Positions 10,157 through 20,456 of a DNA stretch of 64,000 nt are shown here, piece by piece. Under the pieces are notes generated by a model. That model was not told the DNA's origin and did no database searches. It saw nothing but the letters and a program-made list of their open reading frames with translations. The first letter of the stretch is position 1, and every line of letters begins with the position of its first letter. This DNA comes from Minisyncoccota bacterium (GTDB taxonomy: Bacteria > Patescibacteriota > Minisyncoccia > Phycocordibacterales > JAQTLZ01). Position numbers and translations under genes: made by a program. Where the stretch lies: NCBI GenBank assembly GCA_028714635.1, contig JAQTLZ010000001.1, forward strand, positions 15,650 to 79,649, written 5' to 3'.

Positions 10157-12289
10157 ATGGAAACAAATAAAATTCTCCACCGAAGCATTCTGGTCGGCAT
10201 TTTTGCTCTTCTCCTCATTCCCTTTTTGGTTTTCAATTCGATGTTTTTCCCATTTATTACTGGAAAGAATTTTGTGTTCCGCATTATCGTAGAAATCATT
10301 TTTGGCCTTTGGCTCATTCTCATCTTTCGTGACAGACGTTTCCTGCCCAAGCGCTCAGCACTTTTTTATGCCTTTCTGGCTTTCATTGTTGCTATTACTC
10401 TCGCAGATTTTCTTGGAGTTAATCCATATAGGAGTTTTTGGAGCAACTTTGAGCGTATGGAAGGTTTGATCACTCACCTCCATCTTTTCGCGCTCTTTCT
10501 TGTTGGAAGCTCCGTGCTTAACACTAAGAAACTATGGACGCGTTTTTTCAATTCCGCGCTTGTAGTCAGTATGGCAATGGCGTTGTACGGGTTTCTTCAG
10601 CTTTTCGGCGCTCTTGAAATTCATCAAAGCAGTTCTCGTGTAGACGGACCGATTGGAAACTCTGCCTATATGGCGATTTATATGATCTTCCATGTCTTTC
10701 TTGCTCTTTTCCTTCTTTTGCGTTCGAGAGAAAGGCGGATGCAGATTATATATGCCGGGGTGGCGCTTCTTAATACTGTCATTGTTTATTACACAGCAAC
10801 TCGTGGTTCCATCATTGGTCTTATTGGAGGATTTTTCCTCATCGCTATCCTTGTTGGCATTTTTGAGAGAGAACGCAAAACCTTGAGAAAAATATCCATA
10901 ATAGCCAGCGTCGGCGTAGTTGCCATCGTCCTGCTTTTCTTTGCGGCAAAAAACACAAGTTTTGTGAAGAATAGCTCCGTTTTGAATCGTTTCGCGACCA
11001 TTTCTTTAACAGAGCAGACCACCGAATCGCGATTTCTCATTTGGAAGATGGCGTATCAAGGCTTCAAAGAACACCCAATCTTCGGTTGGGGACAGGAGAA
11101 TTTTATCCTCGTCTTTCAGAAATATTATGACGCGAAAATGTGGAATCAGGAGCCTTGGTTTGACCGCACCCATAACGTAGTCCTCGACTGGCTTATTGCG
11201 GGAGGTGCTTTAGCATTTCTCGCTTACCTTTCTCTTTTCGTAGTGTCTCTTTTCTGTATTTGGAAGAAAAGAGGTTTATTTTCTGCGACCGATAAGGCCG
11301 TGTTCACGGGGTTGCTTGCTGCATATTTCTGCCACAACCTTTTCGTGTTCGATAATCTCACAAGCTACCTTCTTTTTATCTTCGTACTTTCTTATTTTCA
11401 TTTTGTATCTATAGAAAATGGAATAGCTGATGCTTCAGAAAAAGAGTTTCCCAAGAAAATTTCAAACGAGCCATCTCAAAGTGTCCAATCTATTCTTATC
11501 CCCGTAGTTATCATCGTTTTACCGATTGCAATTTATTTTCTCAATATTCCCCAAATACTTTCCAACACTTCTCTTATAAATGCGCTACAATGGCAACGAG
11601 TTGATCCTGCAAAGAGTCTCGATTATTTTAAACAATCGCTCTCTTATGACACTTTGGGGAAGCCGGAAATACGTACTCAACTGGTTCAAAGCGCTTCCAG
11701 TGTTGCTGCTTCTTCAGCCTCGGATGAATTAAAAAAGAACTATATTGTATTTGCCAAAGATGAGATGGAGAAACAAATAGAAGAGGAACCGCTTGATGCT
11801 CGGTATCCATTTTTTCTAGGGCAATTTCTTACTCGGTTTAGCGCTATTGACGAGGCAAGGAAAAATATTGAAAAGGCTCTTGCACTTTCACCGAAGAGGC
11901 AGGATATGTTGTCTGCGATCGCAATCACATACTTCGATACTGATCTTAAAGATAAAGGGTTAGAAACTATGAAACAGGCATTCGATATAGAGCCGGAAAA
12001 TGATTCTATCCGGACTCTCTATGCAGTATTCGCGGTTTTTGCTCAAAGGGATGATTTGGTGAAAGAACTCCTATTGCCGAGATATCATACGTATCTCGTT
12101 CCTGATAACAAACTTGTCGGCGCCTATGTACGAACCGGCCAGCTGAAGAAATATATCGACCTCAATACTGTTTTTCTTCAGCAAGAATTAAAGACGGGGC
12201 TTTTGAGTCAGGCGGAAAAAGACGCGATTAGTGCGCTCAATGCGGAATTCGAAAAAAAGCTCGATGTGTACAAAAAGGCGAATCAATAG
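10157..12289 (+). CDS. O-antigen ligase-like membrane protein with C-terminal TPR region
   Basis: Multi-pass membrane protein with TRG, GWGQENF and FDRTHN motifs and a helical TPR-like tail. Confidence 0.85.
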   Translation: METNKILHRSILVGIFALLLIPFLVFNSMFFPFITGKNFVFRIIVEIIFGLWLILIFRDRRFLPKRSALFYAFLAFIVAITLADFLGVNPYRSFWSNFERMEGLITHLHLFALFLVGSSVLNTKKLWTRFFNSALVVSMAMALYGFLQLFGALEIHQSSSRVDGPIGNSAYMAIYMIFHVFLALFLLLRSRERRMQIIYAGVALLNTVIVYYTATRGSIIGLIGGFFLIAILVGIFERERKTLRKISIIASVGVVAIVLLFFAAKNTSFVKNSSVLNRFATISLTEQTTESRFLIWKMAYQGFKEHPIFGWGQENFILVFQKYYDAKMWNQEPWFDRTHNVVLDWLIAGGALAFLAYLSLFVVSLFCIWKKRGLFSATDKAVFTGLLAAYFCHNLFVFDNLTSYLLFIFVLSYFHFVSIENGIADASEKEFPKKISNEPSQSVQSILIPVVIIVLPIAIYFLNIPQILSNTSLINALQWQRVDPAKSLDYFKQSLSYDTLGKPEIRTQLVQSASSVAASSASDELKKNYIVFAKDEMEKQIEEEPLDARYPFFLGQFLTRFSAIDEARKNIEKALALSPKRQDMLSAIAITYFDTDLKDKGLETMKQAFDIEPENDSIRTLYAVFAVFAQRDDLVKELLLPRYHTYLVPDNKLVGAYVRTGQLKKYIDLNTVFLQQELKTGLLSQAEKDAISALNAEFEKKLDVYKKANQ

Positions 12290-12424
12290 TTTTTTGCGGG
12301 ACTATTTTGGCGTATAAAAACGCAAAACCCCTCCGAGGAGGGGGCTCACGTAGACATTCTTTTTGGGAACTAACTTTCGTTAACTCACACGACTGTATCG
12401 TAGCAAACATTAGCTTAAAAGTCA

Positions 12425-12457
12425 ACCCCAGTAGGAGAGCAAAGCTTGCTACGGGGT
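12425..12457. repeat. REP-like palindrome, family A copy 1
   Basis: ACCCCAGTAGGAGAGCAAAGCTTGCTACGGGGT; related copies at 18139-18170 (reverse) and 60572-60604. Confidence 0.7.
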
Positions 12458-12496
12458 AAAGTTTTTGGCAGTTTCTTTTGATGTTATAATAAAGTA

Positions 12497-12690
12497 TATT
12501 GTTTCGATATATAGTCGGCGGCTCTGCACTCACATATAAGACATTATTTTGGAGCTAGCATCCGCCGACTATGTATCGACGCAATAATTTAGCGCTCTCC
12601 ATCGTTGCGGATTCCGCTTGTTCCCGCAATGTACTATTAAGTACATTTTGGTCACAATGCTCATCCGCGCCTCGGATAGCATCTAAATTC
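12497..12690 (+). ncRNA. Candidate structured RNA, family not recognised
   Basis: TGtTATAAT at 12482-12490. An 18-bp stem pairs 12504-12521 with 12562-12579. A multi-hairpin domain is closed by 12586-12592/12683-12689. Substitutions in the stems give G-U pairs on the plus strand. Confidence 0.5.
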
Positions 12691-12710
12691 TTGCATCGAA
12701 AGTACCATCA

Positions 12711-13730
12711 ATGGAGATTCAGGAAAATATTGAGTTAGCACCGCATACAACATTTAAGATCGGGGGCAAAGCCCGGTATTTTTGTCTTGTTCAAAATGAG
12801 AAGGATTTGAAGGAGGCGGTTGCTTTTGCCAAAGAGAAAAAAGTCCCGATGCTTGTGCTTGGTGGGGGTTCGAATGTGCTTATTTCTGAAAAAGGATTTG
12901 ACGGACTGGTTGTAAAAATTGAATTGAAAGGAATTGAATTTGAAGAAATCGCCAAAGGCACGCTTGTCCATGTTGGAGCGGGGGAGAATTGGGATACATT
13001 AGTTTCCGAGACAGTAAAACGAGCTCTCTTCGGACTTGAAAACCTTTCTGGAATTCCCGGAACGGTTGGAGGAGCTCCGGTGCAAAATATCGGCGCCTAC
13101 GGCGCCGAGGTGAAAGATATTTTTGATTCTGTCGAAGTTTTCGATCCCTTAACCGGAGGGATTTTTGCAATGACAAAAAAGGAATGCGAATTTGGCTACC
13201 GCGACAGTATTTTTAAACATGAAGAGGGGAAACATCTCGTTATTTTGAAAGTTACATTTTTTCTCAAAGAGAACGGCGAGCTTAATACGAGCTACAAAGA
13301 TGTAAAGAAATATTTAGAAGAGAAGAAGATTACTGAACCAACGCAGGAAGAAGTTAGAAATGCTGTGATTGAAATCCGCTCGAAGAAATTTCCAGATCTG
13401 AAAAAATTCGGTACAGCTGGTTCATTTTTCAAAAATCCAATTATCCAGAGGGAAGAATTTGAGAAACTTCTCAATGATTATCCTAAACTTCCTTCATTCC
13501 CAGCAGGGGAGGGGCTGGTAAAAATTCCTGCTGGCTATCTTTTCGATGTTATCTGCGGATTCAAAGGCGTGCGGCATGGTGATGCTGGAGTATTTGAAAA
13601 TCAGGCGCTTGTGCTTGTGAACTGGGGCAAAGCTACTGCAGAGGAAATAAAAAAACTCGCGGAAGAAATGCGAGCGAAAGTGAAAGAAAAAACAGGGATT
13701 GAAATTGAATTTGAGGTCAACATTGTGTAG
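12711..13730 (+). CDS. murB: UDP-N-acetylenolpyruvoylglucosamine reductase
   Basis: TTFKIGG, LGGGSN, GIPGTVGGAPVQNIGAYG, AGSFFKNP. Confidence 0.97.
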   Translation: MEIQENIELAPHTTFKIGGKARYFCLVQNEKDLKEAVAFAKEKKVPMLVLGGGSNVLISEKGFDGLVVKIELKGIEFEEIAKGTLVHVGAGENWDTLVSETVKRALFGLENLSGIPGTVGGAPVQNIGAYGAEVKDIFDSVEVFDPLTGGIFAMTKKECEFGYRDSIFKHEEGKHLVILKVTFFLKENGELNTSYKDVKKYLEEKKITEPTQEEVRNAVIEIRSKKFPDLKKFGTAGSFFKNPIIQREEFEKLLNDYPKLPSFPAGEGLVKIPAGYLFDVICGFKGVRHGDAGVFENQALVLVNWGKATAEEIKKLAEEMRAKVKEKTGIEIEFEVNIV

Positions 13731-13759
13731 TTGACAAAACAGGATATTTATTCTATTCT
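13731..13759 (+). promoter_or_regulatory. Sigma70-type promoter
   Basis: TTGACA-N17-TATTCT directly after the murB stop. Confidence 0.65.
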
Positions 13760-13812
13760 CTAGCATAGAGAGCTCATTGTGAGCCTCATTTTTTTCACTG
13801 AAAGGAGGTTGT

Positions 13813-14430
13813 ATGCTTTTCCTCGCGAAACTCATCCTCCCGGAAGTGGGAGATTGGGGGGTGAGTGTCTTTCTTACGCTTCTGGTCGGGTACTGTTACG
13901 GTACTCAATTAGAGTGGAAGCATTTCCTGTGGGCATTTGTTTTTGTCATTGCTCCCGATCTTATCCCGAATCCACTTTGGGTCTGGAATAAGATTTTCAG
14001 CGCTGGCAGTTTCTATGCTTCGGACTCGCACGAACATCGGGAATTTGGTCATTGGCCGCTCTTGCATTTTTTCATCTTTGCCATTATATGGATCAAATAT
14101 GGGAAGATGTTTGGCGCATTGTACGGGGTATGCGTCTTGTGGCACCTCTTCCACGATTCATTCGGAATCGGATGGGGCATCAAACCATTCGCTCCATTCT
14201 CCGACGTCAGCATAAAGCTTTTCACTGATGTGGAGAATAGGGATGCGTTCTGGCCGCCGCGCGCGCAGATTCGTTGGCCAAAGGATGAAGTCCAGGCGGT
14301 AGAGCGGTATGGAAATGATAATTGGTTCGTCGAGACCTACTTTCGGTTAACATGGGTTTCGGTGAGCGAGTACATAGCGTTCGCTGTCGGTATGATAACG
14401 CTGTTGGTAGTGAAGATGCGAAGTAAATGA
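13813..14430 (+). CDS. Membrane protein, YdjM-like metal-dependent hydrolase
   Basis: PD, HR..GH and H..HD motif spacing; strong SD AAAGGAGG. Confidence 0.65.
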   Translation: MLFLAKLILPEVGDWGVSVFLTLLVGYCYGTQLEWKHFLWAFVFVIAPDLIPNPLWVWNKIFSAGSFYASDSHEHREFGHWPLLHFFIFAIIWIKYGKMFGALYGVCVLWHLFHDSFGIGWGIKPFAPFSDVSIKLFTDVENRDAFWPPRAQIRWPKDEVQAVERYGNDNWFVETYFRLTWVSVSEYIAFAVGMITLLVVKMRSK

Positions 14431-14435
14431 ATCCT

Positions 14436-14470
14436 CGGGCTGGCGCCAAAACGCCAGCCCGATTTTATTT
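14436..14470 (+). terminator. Intrinsic terminator
   Basis: CGGGCTGGCG-loop-CGCCAGCCCG followed by a T-rich tract. Confidence 0.8.
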
Positions 14471-14539
14471 TAAAAATTTTGGCAACAGAAAACCGCCAGT
14501 CGAAGCGCGGAAATTCCGTTTACTTCAAATTCTGGCGGT

Positions 14540-14971
14540 TTAGGCCGTGAGGTCCATTTCGTAATCCGGCACAGCCTCCAACCTGCCTTCGTTGACCACC
14601 ACCATGTCGCCTTTCTCTACGTAGCACTTGTCAGTGATTATCGTAAAGACAGTTCTTGGGTCGTCTGCACTTTGCAGGACAACCAGTTCGGAGGCGGTGA
14701 AAGTGAGATCATATACTCCATCTCCCTCAGCGCGTTCGGAACTTGCGCGGGCCAGTACTCGATACTGCTTGTTTCGGTCTAGGCTCCAAACTCCTCCCGG
14801 TTTGCCACTTGTGTGCCCCCAAAGCGCAATAACCACGGTAAGAACCAGCGCGATTCCAAGGCAGAGAATCCCAGGCCAGAGAGTCGGCTGTTCCTTGAAA
14901 AAGACGCCTGCCATCACGAAACAAAAACCCTGTAGAAGAAAAAGGAATGCTACCATCTTATCAACCTCCAA
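14540..14971 (-). CDS. Hypothetical membrane protein
   Basis: Two N-terminal TM helices; own minus-strand promoter (TTGTAA...TGGTATAAT, about 15029-15057). Start codon uncertain. Confidence 0.6.
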   Translation of the reverse strand: MEVDKMVAFLFLLQGFCFVMAGVFFKEQPTLWPGILCLGIALVLTVVIALWGHTSGKPGGVWSLDRNKQYRVLARASSERAEGDGVYDLTFTASELVVLQSADDPRTVFTIITDKCYVEKGDMVVVNEGRLEAVPDYEMDLTA

Positions 14972-15074
14972 TCAGTGAGCCTTTTAGGCTCGGTTTGTGT
15001 TCAAAGTTCGTTTTCTAACCCAGGTTATATTATACCATATATAAAGAAAATTACAAGTTTTTTTCTCCGTATTT

Positions 15075-15108
15075 CAAGCTACAAGCTAAAAACTACCAGC
15101 TACAAGCT
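15075..15108. repeat. Degenerate heptamer tandem repeat (CAAGCTA, about 5 units)
   Basis: caagcta caagcta aaaacta ccagcta caagct. Confidence 0.8.
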
Positions 15109-15131
15109 GTTTTGTGCTAGAATGGCCTCCT

Positions 15132-17636
15132 ATGTTTGAATCATTAAAGAAACTCTTTGGAGACCATTCCGGCAAGGCTTTGCAGGCTATTTCTCCTTTG
15201 GTCGCTCAAATCAATGGCTTTGAGGCTGAAATTAAGGCTCTATCCGACGAACAATTGAAGGCGAAAACGGAAGAATTCAGAAAGCGCCTCGCTGAAGGCG
15301 AGGCGCTCGACGATCTTCTTCCTGAAGCATTCGCTTGCGTCCGCGAAGCATCCCGCCGAACCCTCGGCCAGCGTCATTTTGACGTACAACTTATGGGAGG
15401 CATCATTTTGCATCAGGGTAAAATTGCTGAAATGCGAACTGGAGAAGGAAAGACGCTCGTCGCAACGCTTCCTGCATACTTGAATGCACTGACAGGAAAA
15501 GGTGTAAGTGTCGTTACCGTGAACGATTATCTTTCTCGACGTGATGCCGTCTGGATGGGGCAGATCTATAATGCGCTCGGACTTTCTGTTGGGGTTGTGA
15601 ATCATGAGGCATCTTTTCTTTATGATCCTACTCATCGCGAGCTTGATAAAGAAGTTGATGAAGTCGGTGCGTTCAAAGTTGTCCATGAATTTTTGCGCCC
15701 ATGTACCCGTCACGAAGCGTACATGGCAGACATCACCTATGGAACGAACAATGAATATGGTTTCGATTATCTTCGCGACAATATTGAATATGAAACAGAC
15801 AAGCTTCGACAGCGAGAATTTAATTACGCGATTGTTGACGAGATAGACTCAATTCTTATTGATGAGGCTCGAACTCCGCTTATTATTTCCGCTCCCACTC
15901 AAGAATCAGAAAATTTGTATGCAAAGTTTGCTCAGATTGCTGGTATGCTTCAAAAAGATACTGACTACACAGTGGACGAAAAATTAAAAGCAGCGACGCT
16001 TACTGACGAAGGAATTACCAAGGCAGAAAAAGTACTTGGTATCGAAAATATTTACACGGAAAAGGGAATTAAATTTGTACATCATCTCGAGACTGCTGTC
16101 CGGGCGAAAGCGCTTTTCGAACGCGACAAAGAATATGTGGTGAAGGATGGCGAGGTCATTATTGTGGATGAATTTACTGGACGCATGCAGCCGGGAAGGC
16201 GCTGGTCAGAAGGACTTCATCAGGCTGTGGAGGCGAAAGAGGGAGTAGCTGTACAGAAAGAATCTCGCACTTTTGCTTCGATCACATTCCAAAATTATTT
16301 CCGTCTCTACAAAAAACTTTCCGGTATGACTGGAACCGCTCTCACTTCAGGCGAAGAATTCTATAAAGTATACGGACTTGAAGTGGTTTCTATCCCGACG
16401 AATAAGCCACTCGCAAGAAAAGATTTGAACGATCTCATTTTCCAGACCGAAACGGGGAAATTTAAAGCGGTTGCGAAAGTGGTCAAAGAGCTCCACGCGA
16501 AAGGCCAACCGGTGCTTGTTGGTACTGTTTCAATTGAAAAAAACGAAGTGCTGTCGCAATATCTCAAACACGAGGGGGTTCCTCATGAAATGTTGAATGC
16601 CAAAAATCACGAACGCGAAGGAGAAATTATCGCTCAAGCGGGACGCCGCGGAGCGGTGACTGTGGCGACAAACATGGCAGGCCGAGGCGTGGATATTAAA
16701 CTTGGCGGTGCGCCAGCGACGGCAGAGGCGTATGAAGCAGTGAAAGCTCTTGATGGCGTCTATGTCATCGGTACGGAAAGACATGAAGCGCGACGAATCG
16801 ATAACCAGCTTCGAGGACGTTCGGGACGACAGGGAGATCCTGGGGCGACGCAGTTTTTTGTCTCGCTCGAGGATTCGCTCATGAGAATTTTCGCATCCGA
16901 TACTATTAAAAAGATGATGGGAAGACTTGGCGTGAAAGAAGATGAGCCGATCGAGAACTCTCTCATTACTCGCTCGCTTGAGTCTGCACAGAAAAAAATT
17001 GAGGGGTTCAATTTTGACGCCCGAAAACACGTGCTTGAATACGATGATGTGCTGAACCTCCAAAGAAAAACTGTCTATGAAAGACGGCGAAAAATTCTTA
17101 TGGGCAAGCGGGAAGATATTGAAGCGGAATTAGCGACACTGATTGCCGGAGATGAAAAATTGATCGCGCTCGTGGAGGAAAAGAAAAAATCATTTGCTGA
17201 AGATGAATTTTATACTGTAGTGCGAAGAATGTTCCTTCAGACTATCGATATGTTTTGGGTGGAGCATTTGGAAGTAATGGAATATACGCGCGGTTCGGTA
17301 AATCTCCGAGCATATGGCCAGCGCGATCCGCTCGTGGAATATAAAAAAGAGGGACTTCGCCTTTTCAAAGAAATGCAGGAGGCGATCAATGCACAAATTA
17401 TTTCTCTTCTCGGTTCTCTTCAAACCGGCGCATTTTCAAAAGAAGAAGCAGAGCTCCGGGCGATTCAGAAACAAGCGAAAGAGCTCGGCGGTTCGGATTC
17501 GGCTGGAGTAGGAACAGCTTTCACCTCTGCAAAGCCTGTCATAAAAAATGCTGAAGGCAAGAAAATTGGCAGGAATGATCCATGCTATTGCGGAAGTGGA
17601 AAGAAATATAAAAATTGCCATGGTAAAGGGAAATAA
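15132..17636 (+). CDS. secA: Preprotein translocase ATPase SecA
   Basis: MRTGEGKTL, IVDEIDS, ATNMAGRG, QLRGRSGRQGDPG and the SEC-C motif GRNDPCYCGSGKKYKNCH. Confidence 0.98.
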   Translation: MFESLKKLFGDHSGKALQAISPLVAQINGFEAEIKALSDEQLKAKTEEFRKRLAEGEALDDLLPEAFACVREASRRTLGQRHFDVQLMGGIILHQGKIAEMRTGEGKTLVATLPAYLNALTGKGVSVVTVNDYLSRRDAVWMGQIYNALGLSVGVVNHEASFLYDPTHRELDKEVDEVGAFKVVHEFLRPCTRHEAYMADITYGTNNEYGFDYLRDNIEYETDKLRQREFNYAIVDEIDSILIDEARTPLIISAPTQESENLYAKFAQIAGMLQKDTDYTVDEKLKAATLTDEGITKAEKVLGIENIYTEKGIKFVHHLETAVRAKALFERDKEYVVKDGEVIIVDEFTGRMQPGRRWSEGLHQAVEAKEGVAVQKESRTFASITFQNYFRLYKKLSGMTGTALTSGEEFYKVYGLEVVSIPTNKPLARKDLNDLIFQTETGKFKAVAKVVKELHAKGQPVLVGTVSIEKNEVLSQYLKHEGVPHEMLNAKNHEREGEIIAQAGRRGAVTVATNMAGRGVDIKLGGAPATAEAYEAVKALDGVYVIGTERHEARRIDNQLRGRSGRQGDPGATQFFVSLEDSLMRIFASDTIKKMMGRLGVKEDEPIENSLITRSLESAQKKIEGFNFDARKHVLEYDDVLNLQRKTVYERRRKILMGKREDIEAELATLIAGDEKLIALVEEKKKSFAEDEFYTVVRRMFLQTIDMFWVEHLEVMEYTRGSVNLRAYGQRDPLVEYKKEGLRLFKEMQEAINAQIISLLGSLQTGAFSKEEAELRAIQKQAKELGGSDSAGVGTAFTSAKPVIKNAEGKKIGRNDPCYCGSGKKYKNCHGKGK

Positions 17637-17643
17637 TCTTTCT

Positions 17644-18132
17644 ATGAAAATCACATTCATTCAAACAGGAGGTACTATCGATAAAGATCTGCCCAAAGTC
17701 TCGAAGGGGTATGCTTTTGAGATTGGTGCTCCCGCTGTTATAAAAATCCTTGGAAGAATAAAACCAAATTTTCAGTATGAAATTGTTCCGCTTCTTCAGA
17801 AAGACAGCCTGGATCTCGATGCAAAAGATCGTGAAAAAATTCTGAAAGCTTGCCAAAATGTTAAGGGCGACAAAATAGTGGTGACGCATGGCACGGATAC
17901 CATGACAAAAACTGCCAAAGTTCTTTCGAAGATTAAAAACAAGACGATTGTCTTTACCGGAGCATCGCGGCCTGAAAAATTCGCTGATTCTGACGCAATG
18001 TTTAATGTCGGTGCGGCGATTATGGCAGCGGAGCTTCTCCCGTATGGCGTGTATATCGCAATGAATGGAAAAGTACATGAGTGGAACAAGACCCGAAAGG
18101 ATACAAAGACGGGCCAATTTGTAGAAATCTAG
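17644..18132 (+). CDS. Short asparaginase-domain protein
   Basis: TGGTIDK and THGTDTM motifs. Confidence 0.9.
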   Translation: MKITFIQTGGTIDKDLPKVSKGYAFEIGAPAVIKILGRIKPNFQYEIVPLLQKDSLDLDAKDREKILKACQNVKGDKIVVTHGTDTMTKTAKVLSKIKNKTIVFTGASRPEKFADSDAMFNVGAAIMAAELLPYGVYIAMNGKVHEWNKTRKDTKTGQFVEI

Positions 18133-18138
18133 AAGCTT

Positions 18139-18170
18139 GCCCTGTAGTCAGCTTCGCTGTACTACGGGGT
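18139..18170. repeat. REP-like palindrome, family A copy 2
   Basis: Reverse complement is ACCCCGTAGTACAGCGAAGCTGACTACAGGGC. Confidence 0.7.
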
Positions 18171-18266
18171 GGATTAGTCGGTTTGCCCGAGGAAAGAGGG
18201 GTTGTATAATTATAAATAAGCTTTCTTTTGTCGAAGAAAGAATCACTATTCATAAATTCATTATTC

Positions 18267-18596
18267 ATGGAACCAAATCAAACACAGAGTACACAGGGTC
18301 CTGATCAGGACAAGACAATGGCGATCATTGCCTACATTATTTTCTTCGTGCCGCTTCTTATGGGGAATCGAAGCCAATTTGTAAACTATCATACGAATCA
18401 GGGGACCGTGCTCTTCATTTTTATGATCATTCTTCAGGTTGTCCTTTCTTTTCTCGTTTTCATTCCTCTCATCGGACTTCTCCTCCAAATCGCAAGACTG
18501 CTTCCTTTTGTGCTTATGGTCATCGGAATAATGAATGCGGCAAAGGGTGCAATGAATCCGCTTCCCATCATTGGCGGGTTTACTATCATCAAATAA
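18267..18596 (+). CDS. DUF4870/Tic20-like small membrane protein
   Basis: AIIAYIIFFVPL, FVNYHTNQG and C-terminal PLPIIG. Confidence 0.75.
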   Translation: MEPNQTQSTQGPDQDKTMAIIAYIIFFVPLLMGNRSQFVNYHTNQGTVLFIFMIILQVVLSFLVFIPLIGLLLQIARLLPFVLMVIGIMNAAKGAMNPLPIIGGFTIIK

Positions 18597-18609
18597 TTTC
18601 TGTTCTCAA

Positions 18610-18655
18610 ACAGCAGACGAAAAATCTCCCGAAAGGGAGATTTTTCGTCTGCTGT
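18610..18655. terminator. Perfect 21-bp hairpin, probable terminator
   Basis: ACAGCAGACGAAAAATCTCCC-GAAA-GGGAGATTTTTCGTCTGCTGT. Confidence 0.75.
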
Positions 18656-18669
18656 GCTACTATAAAAAT

Positions 18670-19332
18670 ATGATGACCGAAAAAGAAATCGATGTGCTAG
18701 CGAAAAGGATTTGGGATTACCATTTTTTAAATCAGCCTCTTCGGAAAGCAGATATTATTTTCGGCTTGAGTAGTAATGATCTTCGTATCGCAGAGTGGTC
18801 GGCACATCTTTTCTTGGAAGGATATGCTCCGCTTATTGTCTTTTCCGGAGGAATTTCTCATATTGGCGATCTCTTAGAGGCGAAATGGAAATGCACTGAT
18901 GCAGAAATCTTTGCCGAGACGGCAATAAAATTAGGAGTTCCCAAAGAAAAAATCCTTCTTGAGTCAAAAGCAACCAATACCGGAGAAAATGTCGTTTTTA
19001 CTAGAAAACTTCTGGAGGATAAGGGGATCGATCCCAAAAGTTTCATTCTTGTTCAAAAGCCCCATATGCAAAGGAGAGTGTGCGCTACGTTCAAAAAACT
19101 TTGGCCGGGAAAGGATTTTGTCGTGAGCTCGCCTCCACTTTCTTTTGAGGAATTTTCTAATGAGGATATTTCCAAAGAAGATGCAATTAATCTCATGGTG
19201 GGAGATTTGCAACGTATCAAAGAATATCCCCAAAAAGGTTTTGCGATAGAACAGGAAATTCCAAAAGAGGTTTGGGAAGCGTATGAACAACTAGTGAAGG
19301 CTGGATTTACAAAACACCTTATAAAATTCTAA
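18670..19332 (+). CDS. YdcF/DUF218 family protein
   Basis: FSGG, ESKATNTGEN, VQKPHMQRR. Confidence 0.88.
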   Translation: MMTEKEIDVLAKRIWDYHFLNQPLRKADIIFGLSSNDLRIAEWSAHLFLEGYAPLIVFSGGISHIGDLLEAKWKCTDAEIFAETAIKLGVPKEKILLESKATNTGENVVFTRKLLEDKGIDPKSFILVQKPHMQRRVCATFKKLWPGKDFVVSSPPLSFEEFSNEDISKEDAINLMVGDLQRIKEYPQKGFAIEQEIPKEVWEAYEQLVKAGFTKHLIKF

Positions 19333-19979
19333 TGGAGATATCAACGATTTATAAAAAATATAAAATAGTATCGTTTCTGGAGATGCATATGTACCGAGTT
19401 GCCGGAGTGGCTTTGTACATTTGCCAGAATGCAAAAGAAAAAGTGCTGACCGACAATATTGTCTCTGCATGCCTGCTTCATGATATGGGAAATATTTTGA
19501 AATTCGATTTTACTATTTTCCCTGAAGTGTTCGAACCGGAGGGGATTCCATATTGGCAGAAAGTGAGGGTGGAATTTGCGGAAAAATATGGTGAAGATGA
19601 ACATAACGCTACTCTTGCCATCGCAAAAGAGATTGGGGTTAGCGAGAAAACCTATGAATATATTCTGTCAATTGGATTTTCTAAGATTGCTGAAACCTTC
19701 GCTTCAGCTGATTTAGGAAAGTATATCTCAACCTATGCAGATATGCGGGTCTCTCCGTACGGCGTAGTTTCAATGGAAGAGAGACTTGCGGAAGGCCACA
19801 AGCGTTATGAGAATAGCAAACGCATCTTTGTGAATAAGGAATTCTTTAAAGAAAACAAGGCTTGCTTATGTGAGATGGAAAAGAGCATTTTCTCAAAAAC
19901 GAGCCTTACGCCCGAATCAATTACATCTGAAGTCATACATCCGCTTTTGGATGATCTGAAGAAGTTTAAAATTGTCTAG
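19332..19979 (+). CDS. HD-domain protein
   Basis: H...LLHDMGN...H...YAD motif set. Confidence 0.8.
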   Translation: MEISTIYKKYKIVSFLEMHMYRVAGVALYICQNAKEKVLTDNIVSACLLHDMGNILKFDFTIFPEVFEPEGIPYWQKVRVEFAEKYGEDEHNATLAIAKEIGVSEKTYEYILSIGFSKIAETFASADLGKYISTYADMRVSPYGVVSMEERLAEGHKRYENSKRIFVNKEFFKENKACLCEMEKSIFSKTSLTPESITSEVIHPLLDDLKKFKIV

Positions 19980-20015
19980 TTTGTCTCGAGGTATGAATTT
20001 TGGTATCCTGTAGCT

Positions 20016-20456
20016 ATGGATTCATCACAAAAAACAACAGTTATTGTTATTGTTGCAATGGTCATTATTGTCGCCGGTCTTATCGGTGTTTCTGTTTTTT
20101 ATTCGAATCAGCCTGGGACTCATGATGTCTTTGCGCAGTGTCTCACCGAAAAAGGCGCGACATTTTATGGAGCATTTTGGTGTCCGCATTGCCAAGCAAC
20201 GAAAGCACTTTTCGGAAAAAGCATTAAATATGTGAAATATGTAGAATGTTCCACTCCTGATGGAAGCGGTCAACTTCAGGTGTGTAAGGATAAAAATATA
20301 GAAACATATCCTACCTGGGAATTCGCCGACGGATCAAGGCTTACTGGCGAACTTTCACTTCAGGAACTTTCAGACAAAACAAGCTGTCCTCTAACAGAGG
20401 GCCAACAGCCTGTTGCCAGTAATCAGCCACTGGCGACTAGCTCACCAATACAATGA
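20016..20456 (+). CDS. Membrane-anchored thioredoxin-like protein
   Basis: N-terminal TM, YGAFWCPHC, YVEC, YPTW. Confidence 0.85.
   Translation: MDSSQKTTVIVIVAMVIIVAGLIGVSVFYSNQPGTHDVFAQCLTEKGATFYGAFWCPHCQATKALFGKSIKYVKYVECSTPDGSGQLQVCKDKNIETYPTWEFADGSRLTGELSLQELSDKTSCPLTEGQQPVASNQPLATSSPIQ

Noticed and set aside
12237-12533. 98-aa minus-strand ORF
   Set aside because: It runs through a terminator-like hairpin, a REP-like palindrome and a promoter, and has no recognisable motif.
18185-18205. GAGGAAAG as an RNase P RNA signature
   Set aside because: It is not followed by UCC, and the intergenic space is too short.
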